Below, in pieces: positions 49,476-58,768 of a stretch of DNA of 64,000 nucleotides. The position numbers and the translations under genes were made by a program. Origin of the DNA: an uncultured beta proteobacterium (lineage in GTDB: Bacteria > Pseudomonadota > Gammaproteobacteria > Burkholderiales > SG8-39); contig CAWJNP010000025.1 in NCBI GenBank assembly GCA_963844255.1, positions 7,064-71,063 of the forward strand, given 5' to 3'. Position 1 is the first letter of the stretch, and every line of letters begins with the position of its first letter. The notes under the pieces are model-generated. The model made no database searches and was not told the DNA's origin. It saw only the letters and a program-made list of their open reading frames with translations.

Positions 49476-50045
49476 ATGAAACTGCAGATCCGAAAGTGGT
49501 ACACCTTCGTCGACCAGACCGAGGTTGAGCCGGGCCAGTATCCGTTGCGGAAAGTCGCGGTGGTGGCGGTGATCGGCAATCCGTACGCGGGAAAATACGT
49601 CGAGGATTTGAAGCCGATGATCGACGCCAGCGCCGACATCGGCCGGCAGATGGCGGAACGCGCCGTGCAGCTGATGGAGCCGTTCAAGGCACATGGCCTG
49701 GGCAAGGGTGGCATTGCGGGCACCGCCGGCGAGCAGGAGCACGTGAACGCCCTGCTGACCACGGCCTTTGCCGAACCGCTGCGCGAAGCGATCGGTGGCG
49801 GCAAGGCCTGGATCTCCTCGATGACCAAACGCGGCCCGTCGGGCACGACGATCGACATCCCGTTCAACCACAAGGACGCGCTCTATGTGCGCTCGTTCTA
49901 CGACGGTATCACCCTGACCCTGCACGACGCGCCGAACGCGGACGAAATCGCGCTGATCGTGGGCCTGTCCAATCGCGGCCGAGTGGGTGCGCGGGTTGGC
50001 GGGCTGAAGCCCGAGGATGTGAAAGGCGAGAACGGGCTGGTTTAA
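49476..50045 (+). CDS. 'Amino acid synthesis' (DUF1185) family protein
   Basis: IRK, AV..NPYAG.YVEDL, GE.EH, IDIP..HKD..YVRS.YD, DAP..DEI, GGL. Confidence 0.8.
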   Translation: MKLQIRKWYTFVDQTEVEPGQYPLRKVAVVAVIGNPYAGKYVEDLKPMIDASADIGRQMAERAVQLMEPFKAHGLGKGGIAGTAGEQEHVNALLTTAFAEPLREAIGGGKAWISSMTKRGPSGTTIDIPFNHKDALYVRSFYDGITLTLHDAPNADEIALIVGLSNRGRVGARVGGLKPEDVKGENGLV

Positions 50046-50057
50046 GCCGGTCCCCGC

Positions 50058-51158
50058 CTACCCGGCGAGCTCGGCGACCAGCGCAGCGATGGTCTCGCCG
50101 GCGCGCCGCGTGCCGCCCTCCGGCTGGCCGTGCGCGCCCAGCGTGAGGCGCCCGGACTCGAGTGCCGCCGCGACCGCCCGGCGGATCAGGTCCGCTGCGG
50201 CCTGCTCGCCCAGGTGTTCGAGCATCAGCGCCGCAGTCAGCACCTGCGATACCGGGTTGGCGCGATCCTGCCCTGCAATGCCTGGCGCAGAGCCGTGGAT
50301 CGGCTCGAAATAGGCATACCGGTCACCAATGTTCCCCGAAGGGCACAGGCCGATTCCGCCGACCGTGGCCCCACCGAGATCCGAGAGGATATCGCCGAGG
50401 AAATTCTCCATGACCAGCACGTCGAAATGCCCGGGCTCCATGACCAGCGCCTGCGCCGCGGCGTCTGCATACAGGTGCTCGCGTCGGATATCCGGGTAGC
50501 CCTCGCCAACCTCGTCGAATACCTTGCGAAAGAACGCGTAGGAGGCCAGCACGTTGCTCTTGTCCACGCAGGTCACGCGCTTCACGCCGTCCTCCGGTGC
50601 GCCCTTGCGCCGGCGCGCGAGTTCGAACGCGTAGCGCACCACGCGCTCAGTCCCTTTCCTCGTGATCATCAGCGTATCGGCCATCGCGTCGTTCGTGCCG
50701 ATGCCCTTGCCGCGCGACAGATACAGGCCCTCGGTGTTTTCGCGCACCAGCGCATAGTCGATCCCGCAGGGCGCGGCACGCACCGGCGCGTTCACGCCCG
50801 GGAACAGGCGCACCGGGCGCAGGTTGACGAAGGTATCGAGCCCGCTCCTCAGCACGCCTCCCAGGGTTCCCGCCTCGGTGCCGTCGGGCAGGCGCACTTC
50901 CGGAATGCCCACCGGCCCTTTCATCGTTGCGTGCGCGGCCTTGATCGCCGCCATGGTCTCGGGCGTCAGGCTGACGCCGCTCTTGCGGTAGAACCCGGCG
51001 CCCGCCTCGTGCGTGTCCACCTGCAGATGAAAACTACCGAGCGCCTTCTGCGCGGCATCCACCACCTGCATGGCCGCGGCCACCAGTTCGGGGCCGATGC
51101 CGTCGCCGTTGATCACGACGATGCGGTAGGTGCGGCCGGCGGGAGTGTTGTTCGGCAT
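50058..51158 (-). CDS. Isocitrate/isopropylmalate dehydrogenase-family beta-decarboxylating dehydrogenase
   Basis: GDGIGPE, NLRPVRL, RENTEGLY, VDKSNVL, GDILSDL, FEPIHGSAP. Confidence 0.9.
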   Translation of the reverse strand: MPNNTPAGRTYRIVVINGDGIGPELVAAAMQVVDAAQKALGSFHLQVDTHEAGAGFYRKSGVSLTPETMAAIKAAHATMKGPVGIPEVRLPDGTEAGTLGGVLRSGLDTFVNLRPVRLFPGVNAPVRAAPCGIDYALVRENTEGLYLSRGKGIGTNDAMADTLMITRKGTERVVRYAFELARRRKGAPEDGVKRVTCVDKSNVLASYAFFRKVFDEVGEGYPDIRREHLYADAAAQALVMEPGHFDVLVMENFLGDILSDLGGATVGGIGLCPSGNIGDRYAYFEPIHGSAPGIAGQDRANPVSQVLTAALMLEHLGEQAAADLIRRAVAAALESGRLTLGAHGQPEGGTRRAGETIAALVAELAG

Positions 51159-51215
51159 GGCGTTGAATCCTGTCGTTCGTTGCGAGGGTTTGATCTATCG
51201 GCGCATGTCCTGAAT

Positions 51216-51268
51216 TGTATCGTTATCGATACACAAACTACCCTGAGCGCCGCTCCTGTGCTTGAGAT
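51216..51268. repeat. 53-bp intergenic repeat, copy B
   Basis: TGTATCGTTATCGATACACAAACTACCCTGAGCGCCGCTCCTGTGCTTGAGAT; matches 41467-41519. Confidence 0.85.
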
Positions 51269-51293
51269 TTAAGAATAAATCTTTAACAATTAC

Positions 51294-52176
51294 TCAACGA
51301 CCTCTGGCCAGAAGGTCGATAAAGGCGGAGGGCTCGCCCTCGCCCTTTCCTTCCTCGACGAGCATCTGAAATCGCGCGATCGCTGCACGCGCCATCGGCA
51401 GCGGCACGCCCGCGCCCTCGGCCACGGTCGCCGCGTTCAGAAGATCCTTCAGCATGACGTTGACCGTGCCCAGCGCCGGCTCCCAGGCGCGCGCGACCAT
51501 GCGCGGACCGAACACCTGCAAGCGGTTTCGAGTCGGCAAACCCGTCCTGCAACGCCTCGGGCAACCGCGCCGCGTCCACCCCCGCCGCTTCGGCCAGCCG
51601 CATGGCTTCGGCGATCACCGGGAACAGGCTGGCGACGATGATCTGGTTGGCGAGCTTGGTCACCTGCCCGGCGCCGGATTCGCCCATGCGCGTGAAACGG
51701 CTGGAGAGTTCGGCCATCAGCGGGCGCACGAATTCGATCTGCGCCGCCTTGCCGCCAGCCATGATCGCAAGCGTGCCCTGTTCGGCCCCCGGCGTACCGC
51801 CCGAGACCGGCGCATCGATATAGCCCATGCCGAGCGCCTCGAGCCGTGCGGCGTACTCGCGTGCCGACGCAGGCGCAATGCTGGAGAAGTCGATTACGAT
51901 CTTTCCCTCTACTGCACCTTCCGAGATACCGCCCGCACCGAACAGCACCTCCTGCACCGACTTCTGGTCGGTGACGCACATCATCACGATGTCGGCGTAA
52001 CGTGCGACCGCAGCCGGTGATTCCTTTGCAATGGCGCCCTTTGCCACGACAGGCGCCAGTTTCTCCGGGCTGCGATTCCACACCGCAACCTTGTAGCCGG
52101 CGGCGAGCAGGCGCAGCGTCATGGGCCGGCCCATCAGGCCGATGCCGATGTAGCCCAGCTTCGGGGAATCACTCAT
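51294..52176 (-). CDS. Beta-hydroxyacid dehydrogenase (3-hydroxyisobutyrate/tartronate-semialdehyde reductase family); +1 frameshift near 51520
   Basis: [32 protein letters not shown], then [13 protein letters not shown] in the next frame. Confidence 0.87.
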
Positions 52177-53898
52177 GGCCGCGCCCGCCTTTCTTTCCAC
52201 CGCTGTGGGTGACCGCACCGAGATTGGCGGGGCCGACAAGGGCCGCGTACTTCTCCAGCGCGCCCGAGAGCCGTGCGCGAGCAGGCAGGCTGCCAGGCCT
52301 TCCTGCGCCGCGCGAGTTCCGCCTCGGACACCTGGAGCGTGAGTTTTCCGGCCTTGGCATCGATCACGATCGCATCGCCGTCCTTCACCAGCGCGAGCGG
52401 GCCGCCGACGCCCGGCCTCGGGCGAGACATAGCCGATCATCATGCCGCGCGTGGCGCCCGAGAAGCGTCCGTCGGTCAGCAGCGCGACCTTCTCGCCCAT
52501 GCCCTGCCCGTAGATCAGCGCGGTGACGGCGAGCATCTCGCGCATGCCGGGCCCGCCTTTCGGGCCTTCGTAGCGGATCACCAGCACGTCGCCCGCCGCG
52601 TAGCTGCGTGCCGCAACCACGGCGGCGCAGTCCTCTTCGCAGTCGAACACCCGCGCGCGGCCGTTGAACTTGAGGTTCTTCATGCCGGCGACCTTGATCA
52701 GTGCGCCGTCCGGGCGCGAGGTTGCCCTTGAGCACCACGAGGCCGCCGGTGGCGAGGATCGGTTCCGTGCGCACGACCTCGCCGTCCGCGCCGGGATGGT
52801 CGGCGAGTTCCTCTTCCAGCGTGGTGCCGAAGATCGTCAGGCAGTCGCCGTGCAGCGCGCCGCGCTCGAGCAGCACACGCAGCACGTTGTACACGCCGCC
52901 GACCGCGTGCAGGTCCTTGGCGAGGAAGCGCCCGCCCGGCTTCATGTCGGCGATCAGCGGCGTCCTCTTCGAGATGCGCGCGAGATCGTCCAGCGAGAAC
53001 TTGATCCCGGCTTCGTGCGCGATGGCCGGGATGTGCAGCCCGGCATTGGTCGAGCCGCCGGTCGCGGCGACCGCGGCGCAGGCGTTCTCCAGGCTCTTTT
53101 GCGTCACCAGTTCGCGCGGCAGCGGGCCGCCGTTGCTTCAGGAGTTCCATCACCACGCGGCCGGCTTCGCGCGCGGTCGCGCCGCGTTCGCTGGCCATCG
53201 CCGGCATGGTGGCCGAGCCCGGTAGCGCGAGGCCCAGGGTCTCCGACACCATGGCCATGGTGTTGGCGGTGAACTGGCCCGGGCAGGATCCCAGTGTCGG
53301 CAGGCAGACGCGCTCGAGCTGGTCGAGCTCCGACTGCTGCATGTCGCCCGCCATCACGGCACCGACGCGCTTCGAAGGTGTCGAGCACGGTGACGTCCCG
53401 CCCCTTCCATCGGCCCGGCGAGGCCGACCCGCCGTACATGAACACCGAGGGCAGGTTGAGGCGCACCATGGCCATCATCATCCCGGGCAGCGTCTTGTCG
53501 CAGCCGGCGAACGCCACCAGCGCGTCGTAGGCGTGGCCGCGGCACACCGCCTCGATGCCATCGGCAATGATCTCGCGCGAGGGCAGAGAAAATTTCATCC
53601 CGGTGTGCCCCATCGACATCGAATCGGCCACCGAGATCGAGGCAAAATCGAACGGCGTCCCGCCCCATTCGCGCACCGCGACGCAGGCCTCCCGCGCGAG
53701 CTCGCCGAGTTTCGCATTGCAGGGCGTCACCCGGCCGTCGGTACTGGCGACCGCAACGAAGGGCTTGGCGATGTCGTCTTCGGTGAGACCGAGGCCGCGC
53801 AGGAAGGCGCGGTGCGGTGCGCGGTCCATGCCCTCGACCGTGATGCGCGAGGGCAACGGCGGAAACGGCTTGACGGTCTTGACGGGGCGGCGTGCCAC
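52169..53898 (-). CDS. IlvD/Edd-family [Fe-S] dehydratase, interrupted by five +1 frameshifts
   Basis: Colinear fragments: [80 protein letters not shown]. Confidence 0.87.
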
Positions 53899-53930
53899 CG
53901 CTCAGGCCTTGCGCAGGGAAGGATGGGACA

Positions 53931-54866
53931 TCATGCGGAACTCTCCTGTAGGTATTCGGCAACGATTTCCTCGATGCCTGCACTATGCCGGAAACCGAGC
54001 GCCGCGGCGCGCGCCGAAAACGTCGACCTCGGCACGCGGTCCATCACCGCCTGCGCGGCCGGATCGGGCACAAAGCGCACCCGTCCCAGCGGACGATCGC
54101 CCGCGGCGCGCTGCACGGCATCCAGCATGGCCTGCGCACTCACCGGCAGCCCGGTGAGCACGAGGCTGCGCTCCAGTCCGAAGTCGGCTGCCGGCAGATC
54201 CATCGCATGCAGCAGCGATTGCACCACCCGCCCGATCGAAATGCAGGCCATGGACGTCTCGGGCGCGACCGGGCAGACGTAGTCGCGCCGCGCGAGCGGC
54301 TCGCGGATGATCGCGCTGGCCCAGCCCGAGACCGCGGTGTTCGCCGCGCCGGGACGCACCATCACGGTGGGCAGGCGCAGGCTGCGGCCGTCGGCGTAGC
54401 CGCGCCGCGCGTATTCGTCGATCAGGATTTCGCACATCAGCTTCTGTGCGCCGTAGGACAGGCGCGGCGAGGGGCGCGTCGCATCGTCGACTTCGAGTTT
54501 CTCGCCGTGGTAGACCGCGATCGACGAGGTGAACACGAAGCGCGGATTCCTGCCGGCGAGGCGCGCGGCTTCGAGCAGGTCGCGCGTCGCGTCGAAGTTG
54601 ACCTTCATGCCCAGTTCGAAGTTCTGCTCCGCCCCGCCCGAGACCAGCGAGGCGAGGTGGAAGATCGCATCGACACTGGCATCCACCAGCGAGCGCGCCA
54701 TGGGCGCATAGGCCAGGTTGCCACCGAGCGACTCGACCTTCGCGTGCGTGAAATCAGGGGCCACCTGGTCGAACGCGAGAACCCGCGAGACATCCTCGCG
54801 CGCAGCCAGTGCCCGGACCAGGGCCTGCCCGATGAAGCCGGCTGCACCGGTCACCAGGACCTTCAA
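53931..54866 (-). CDS. NAD-dependent extended SDR, D-erythronate dehydrogenase (DenD)-like
   Basis: VTGAAGFIG, HLAS.VSG.AE..FELG.KVN, SYG.QK, RLPTV.VRPG..N.A.S...S.IIREPL. Confidence 0.8.
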   Translation of the reverse strand: MKVLVTGAAGFIGQALVRALAAREDVSRVLAFDQVAPDFTHAKVESLGGNLAYAPMARSLVDASVDAIFHLASLVSGGAEQNFELGMKVNFDATRDLLEAARLAGRNPRFVFTSSIAVYHGEKLEVDDATRPSPRLSYGAQKLMCEILIDEYARRGYADGRSLRLPTVMVRPGAANTAVSGWASAIIREPLARRDYVCPVAPETSMACISIGRVVQSLLHAMDLPAADFGLERSLVLTGLPVSAQAMLDAVQRAAGDRPLGRVRFVPDPAAQAVMDRVPRSTFSARAAALGFRHSAGIEEIVAEYLQESSA

Positions 54867-54998
54867 TTCACCACCGCCGGTCGCTGCTTGTCCAAGCGAT
54901 TCCCATCGTTTTTCGGTTGTTGACGGATGACATCGGCAATTATCCCAGACTGTGCTACAAGGCCGGTTCTCGAAGGGAAGACCAAGGGGGAGACAAGC

Positions 54999-55976
54999 AT
55001 GTACAAACCAACCGCAAGCCTGCTATCCGCGCTTTTCGTGGCTGCCGCGCTGGCCGCACCACTGCCCGCCGCTGCGCAGAACTATCCGGCCAAGCCGGTG
55101 CACATCATCGTGCCGTTCGCCGCCGGTGGTCCTGCCGACATCTATGCCCGCTTCGTCGGCCAGAAACTGCAGGAGACCATGGGCCAGTCGTTCGTGATCG
55201 AAGACCGGCCCGGCGGCGGCTCGCTGATCGGCACCGAGGCCGCGGCCAAATCGCCCGCCGACGGTTACACCCTGCTCATGATGTCGAACACCCACACGGT
55301 GAACGAATCGCTGATCCCGAAAAAGTCTTTTGAGCTGCTGCGCGACTTCGTGCCGGTCTCACCCGTGAACCAGTCGGATCTCGTGCTCGTCGTGCATCCT
55401 TCGGTGCCGGCCAACAACCTCAAGGAACTGCTCGCGCTGGTCAAGGCCAAACCGCACGCGCTCAACTACGCCTCCTCGGGCCCGGGCACGCCCTATCACA
55501 TGGCCGGCGAACTCTTCAAAGCCATGGGCGGGCTGGACATCGTCCACGTGCCGTACAAGGGCAGTTCGGGTGCACGCACCGACATCCTCGGCGGCCAGGT
55601 GCAGATGATGTTCGATGCGATCACGACCATGGCGCCGAACGTACGCGCCGGAAAGCTCAAGGCCATGGGCACCACCGGACGCACGCGCTCGCCGGTGCTG
55701 CCCGACGTGCCCACGATGTCGGAAGCCGGCGTTCCAGGCTACGAAGCGGTGATCTGGCTTGGCATCATGGCACCGACCGGGACGCCCAAGGCCATCGTCG
55801 AACGCCTGAACGCGGAGATCCGCAAGGTCGTGAACAGTGCCGAGGTCAAGGACGCCTGGGCAAAACAGGGCGCGGCGCCGATGAGCATGTCGACCGACGA
55901 GTTCGCGCAGTACCTGCGCGAAGACATCGCCAAGTGGGCGAAGGTCGTCAAGGTTTCGGGGGCGAAAGTCGACTGA
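54999..55976 (+). CDS. Tripartite tricarboxylate transporter substrate-binding protein (TctC/Bug)
   Basis: Signal peptide; YP.KPV.IIVPF.AGG..D, DGYTLL, HVPYKG, PDVPT..E.G. Confidence 0.93.
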   Translation: MYKPTASLLSALFVAAALAAPLPAAAQNYPAKPVHIIVPFAAGGPADIYARFVGQKLQETMGQSFVIEDRPGGGSLIGTEAAAKSPADGYTLLMMSNTHTVNESLIPKKSFELLRDFVPVSPVNQSDLVLVVHPSVPANNLKELLALVKAKPHALNYASSGPGTPYHMAGELFKAMGGLDIVHVPYKGSSGARTDILGGQVQMMFDAITTMAPNVRAGKLKAMGTTGRTRSPVLPDVPTMSEAGVPGYEAVIWLGIMAPTGTPKAIVERLNAEIRKVVNSAEVKDAWAKQGAAPMSMSTDEFAQYLREDIAKWAKVVKVSGAKVD

Positions 55977-56659
55977 TGCCGCTGAACTTGCTTTCCGCGG
56001 GTGCCGCGAAGGCGGTGGTTACGGCCGTCGCGGCGCAGACCGGGCTTGAACTCAAGGGCGCGTTCGGCGCGGTGGGCGCGATGCGCGACAAACTTCTCGC
56101 GGGCGAAGCCTGCGAGGTGATCGTGCTGACCCGCGCAATGATCGACGCGCTCGCTGCAGATGCGCGCGTCGATCCCACGACGATCGGCGACCTCGGCCGG
56201 GTGCGCACCGGCGTCGCGGTGAAGCAAGGCGCGACGCAGCCGGACGTTGCCTCTTCGGCAGGCTTGCGTGCCGCCCTGCTGGCGGCAGAGGCGATCTATG
56301 TGCCCGACACGATGAAGTCGACCGCGGGCAAGCACATCGCCAGCGTGCTCGAGGCGCTCGGCATTGCCGGCGAGGTGCGCGGGCGATTGCGGGAGTTTCC
56401 GAACGGCGCGACCGCCATGCGTGCGATGGGAGAGGCACCGGGTCATGCTTCGATCGGCTGCACCCAGGTGTCGGAAATACTCTATACGGAGGGGGTCACG
56501 CTGGTCGGCGCATTGCCAGCGGAGTTCGAACTCGCGACGGTGTATTCCGCAGCCGTGTGCAGTACCAACGGCGACCCATCAGCGGCGCAGCAGTTCGTCG
56601 CCCGGCTCGTGGGTGAAGCCTCCCGCGAACTGCGCGCAAACGCCGGCTTCGAAGCCTAG
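55976..56659 (+). CDS. ModA-like substrate-binding-fold protein without signal peptide
   Basis: LSAGA, FGAVG, STAG.H, TQVSEI, VG.LP..F...T.YSAA; TGATG coupling to tctC. Confidence 0.75.
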   Translation: MPLNLLSAGAAKAVVTAVAAQTGLELKGAFGAVGAMRDKLLAGEACEVIVLTRAMIDALAADARVDPTTIGDLGRVRTGVAVKQGATQPDVASSAGLRAALLAAEAIYVPDTMKSTAGKHIASVLEALGIAGEVRGRLREFPNGATAMRAMGEAPGHASIGCTQVSEILYTEGVTLVGALPAEFELATVYSAAVCSTNGDPSAAQQFVARLVGEASRELRANAGFEA

Positions 56660-56666
56660 ACGCCGT

Positions 56667-57422
56667 TCAGAACTCGTACTCGACCTGCAGGCGCAGATTG
56701 TTGCTGGGCGTCGCCTGCGTATGCCCCACCAGCCATGCCGCGTTGTAGCGGATCGCACGCCGGTTGCCGAGGTCGAATTTTCCGAACACGGCCGGCCCGA
56801 TGCGATTTCCTCGCGCGTCCGAGTCGTTCCAGTGGTTCCATTTTCCCAGTTCGCCAAATCCCTGGAATCCAAGTTCGAGGGCGGGCTGCCAGCGGTATTT
56901 CACCTGCCACTGATATCCCGCCTCCATCGGATGGGGTGCAGTGGCGGCATAGTGCCGCTCGAACAGCGCGTTCCCGTTGAACTGGAATTTCCCAAACTCG
57001 GTCTGGAACAGCGGGCCGAAGCGCACTTCATTGCCTTCGCTTCTGTCCTTCGGGCGCTCGAGCTCGAGTATGAAACCGACATCCACCGGATACTCGCCGT
57101 GCTCCGTAAGCTGGAACTTGTTTTCCCATTCGTAGGCGTCAAGCGCGACGGATCCACCGCCGGGTTGCTGGAATTTCGCATACACCTCCGTGAACCAGTG
57201 CTGCGTGACGCCGTAGCCATAGCCGATCGAGGCTGCACCCAGATGGGCCCCGCTGGGGTCCTTCCAGCGCCCGGCCTTGAAGTCTATTTCGTGTTCGCCA
57301 TAGGTCACGCCGGGTGTGAAGACGTAGTCGGCCGGTCCGGCCTGCGAAATCGACGGCAGCATGAGGGCGAGCGCAGGCAATGCCGCCGCAAGTGAACCGC
57401 GCAGAAACGCCCGGAGTTTCAT
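56667..57422 (-). CDS. Putative outer-membrane beta-barrel protein
   Basis: Signal peptide; alternating aromatic strands; C-terminal LRLQVEYEF with terminal Phe. Confidence 0.65.
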   Translation of the reverse strand: MKLRAFLRGSLAAALPALALMLPSISQAGPADYVFTPGVTYGEHEIDFKAGRWKDPSGAHLGAASIGYGYGVTQHWFTEVYAKFQQPGGGSVALDAYEWENKFQLTEHGEYPVDVGFILELERPKDRSEGNEVRFGPLFQTEFGKFQFNGNALFERHYAATAPHPMEAGYQWQVKYRWQPALELGFQGFGELGKWNHWNDSDARGNRIGPAVFGKFDLGNRRAIRYNAAWLVGHTQATPSNNLRLQVEYEF

Positions 57423-58243
57423 GCGCCGCTCCGCGCCTTGGAACTTCTTCCAACCAGCGCCATGCCGCAGAGAATGATCGCCATGACGGCCACATAGGAG
57501 ATCACCTGCATCGCCGCAGGCGCCGGCTCGTAGCCCGCCAGCGCGTGCATGAAGGTACCGGCTACCGAATCGAGCGGCAGCACGGAGGACGTATCCCACA
57601 GCGGGCTTTGCAGGCTGGGCAGCAGGTCGGCCTGAATCAGGAAGCCCGTCATCTTCGAGGCCATGCCGCCGGCAAGCAGCAGGATGAGGACGCTCGTCGC
57701 CGAGAAAAACCAGCGCAGCGGAATCTTCAACATGCCGGCATACATCCCGTAGCCGAGCGCGGCACCCGTGATCAGCCCCAACGCGCCACCGGCACCAATC
57801 GAGGCGCTCGTAACATCACCGCCCGACAGCATGCCGTACAGGAAGAGCGCGGTTTCGGCACCTTCGCGCAGCACGGCCAGGCCGATCACGATGAGGATCG
57901 CCGACATGTGGCGCCGGCCCTCGGTCAGGTCCTGCCCGACCTTGCGCGCGGAAGCGGCCAGTTCCCTGCCATGCGAAGACATCCACACCTGATGCCAGCC
58001 CAGAAGAATCACCGCGAGCCCGAGAATGGCCGCATTGAAGACGTCCTGCCCGACACCGTCGAACAGTGCAGCGATACGACCGGTCAGGCTCGCGACGACA
58101 AGCGCGCCCAGCAACCCAAGCGCGATTCCGCGTGTTACCCAGCGCTGGCTTCCGGGAATCGTGCGCGTTGCGGCTGCGACAATTCCGATCAGCAACGCGG
58201 CTTCGAGGGTTTCACGCAATACGATGATGGCGGCGCCGAACAT
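57419..58243 (-). CDS. FTR1-family iron permease
   Basis: Two RExxE motifs (LRETLEAA, LREGAET); about 7 TM. Confidence 0.92.
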   Translation of the reverse strand: MFGAAIIVLRETLEAALLIGIVAAATRTIPGSQRWVTRGIALGLLGALVVASLTGRIAALFDGVGQDVFNAAILGLAVILLGWHQVWMSSHGRELAASARKVGQDLTEGRRHMSAILIVIGLAVLREGAETALFLYGMLSGGDVTSASIGAGGALGLITGAALGYGMYAGMLKIPLRWFFSATSVLILLLAGGMASKMTGFLIQADLLPSLQSPLWDTSSVLPLDSVAGTFMHALAGYEPAPAAMQVISYVAVMAIILCGMALVGRSSKARSGA

Positions 58244-58250
58244 GATCTGC

Positions 58251-58568
58251 CTATTCCGCGACGATGACGCCGCGCGCCGTCTTCTCGTTGAACTCCCCGA
58301 CATACGAATAACGTCCGGGTTTCAACGGTCCGATGAACACCGGAAGCTTGGACTTTCCCGGGATCACTTTCTCGCGATTGAGTTCGTGGCTTTCGAACTC
58401 TTCCGGGGACGCATCCTGATTGTCGATGACCAAGCGTATTTTCCTGCCTGCCGGCACGCGCAGTTCGGCGGGGGTGAAGACATGGTCGCGTATCGTCAGC
58501 GTGTACTCCGAATCAGCTGCAAAACAGAGCGCTGGCAGCAGGAGGAAAATCGGCAGGTAGCGGCGCAT
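58251..58568 (-). CDS. Small periplasmic cupredoxin-domain protein (FtrB/EfeO-N-like)
   Basis: Signal peptide; F.P.EL.VPAG, EEFES.EL.REKV, PLKPG.Y...GEF. Confidence 0.87.
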   Translation of the reverse strand: MRRYLPIFLLLPALCFAADSEYTLTIRDHVFTPAELRVPAGRKIRLVIDNQDASPEEFESHELNREKVIPGKSKLPVFIGPLKPGRYSYVGEFNEKTARGVIVAE

Positions 58569-58599
58569 ACAGAGGGGTCCTGGTGGTTTTTAGTTTCTT

Positions 58600-58646
58600 A
58601 ATGATAATCGTTCTTATTTGAATTGACAATGATAATTGTTCTCATT
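58600..58646. promoter_or_regulatory. Two tandem Fur boxes
   Basis: AATGATAATCGTTCTTATT (58600-58618) and AATGATAATTGTTCTCATT (58628-58646) upstream of the iron permease operon. Confidence 0.88.
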
Positions 58647-58768
58647 GAACGCCTTCCCCTGAACCTAAACCCGCTATCCTCTGAAAACCCATGAATATCA
58701 ACGACACACAGCCCGGAGCCCTCTTTGGCAGGTCCGGGCGGAACCCCTCCCGTGGGCGCCCCTGAGCA

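Noticed and set aside
51283-52683. 466-aa ORF that looks like an IlvD-hydroxyacid dehydrogenase fusion
   Set aside because: Produced by the +1 frameshifts; the dehydrogenase has its own ATG at 52176 and IlvD continues in other frames
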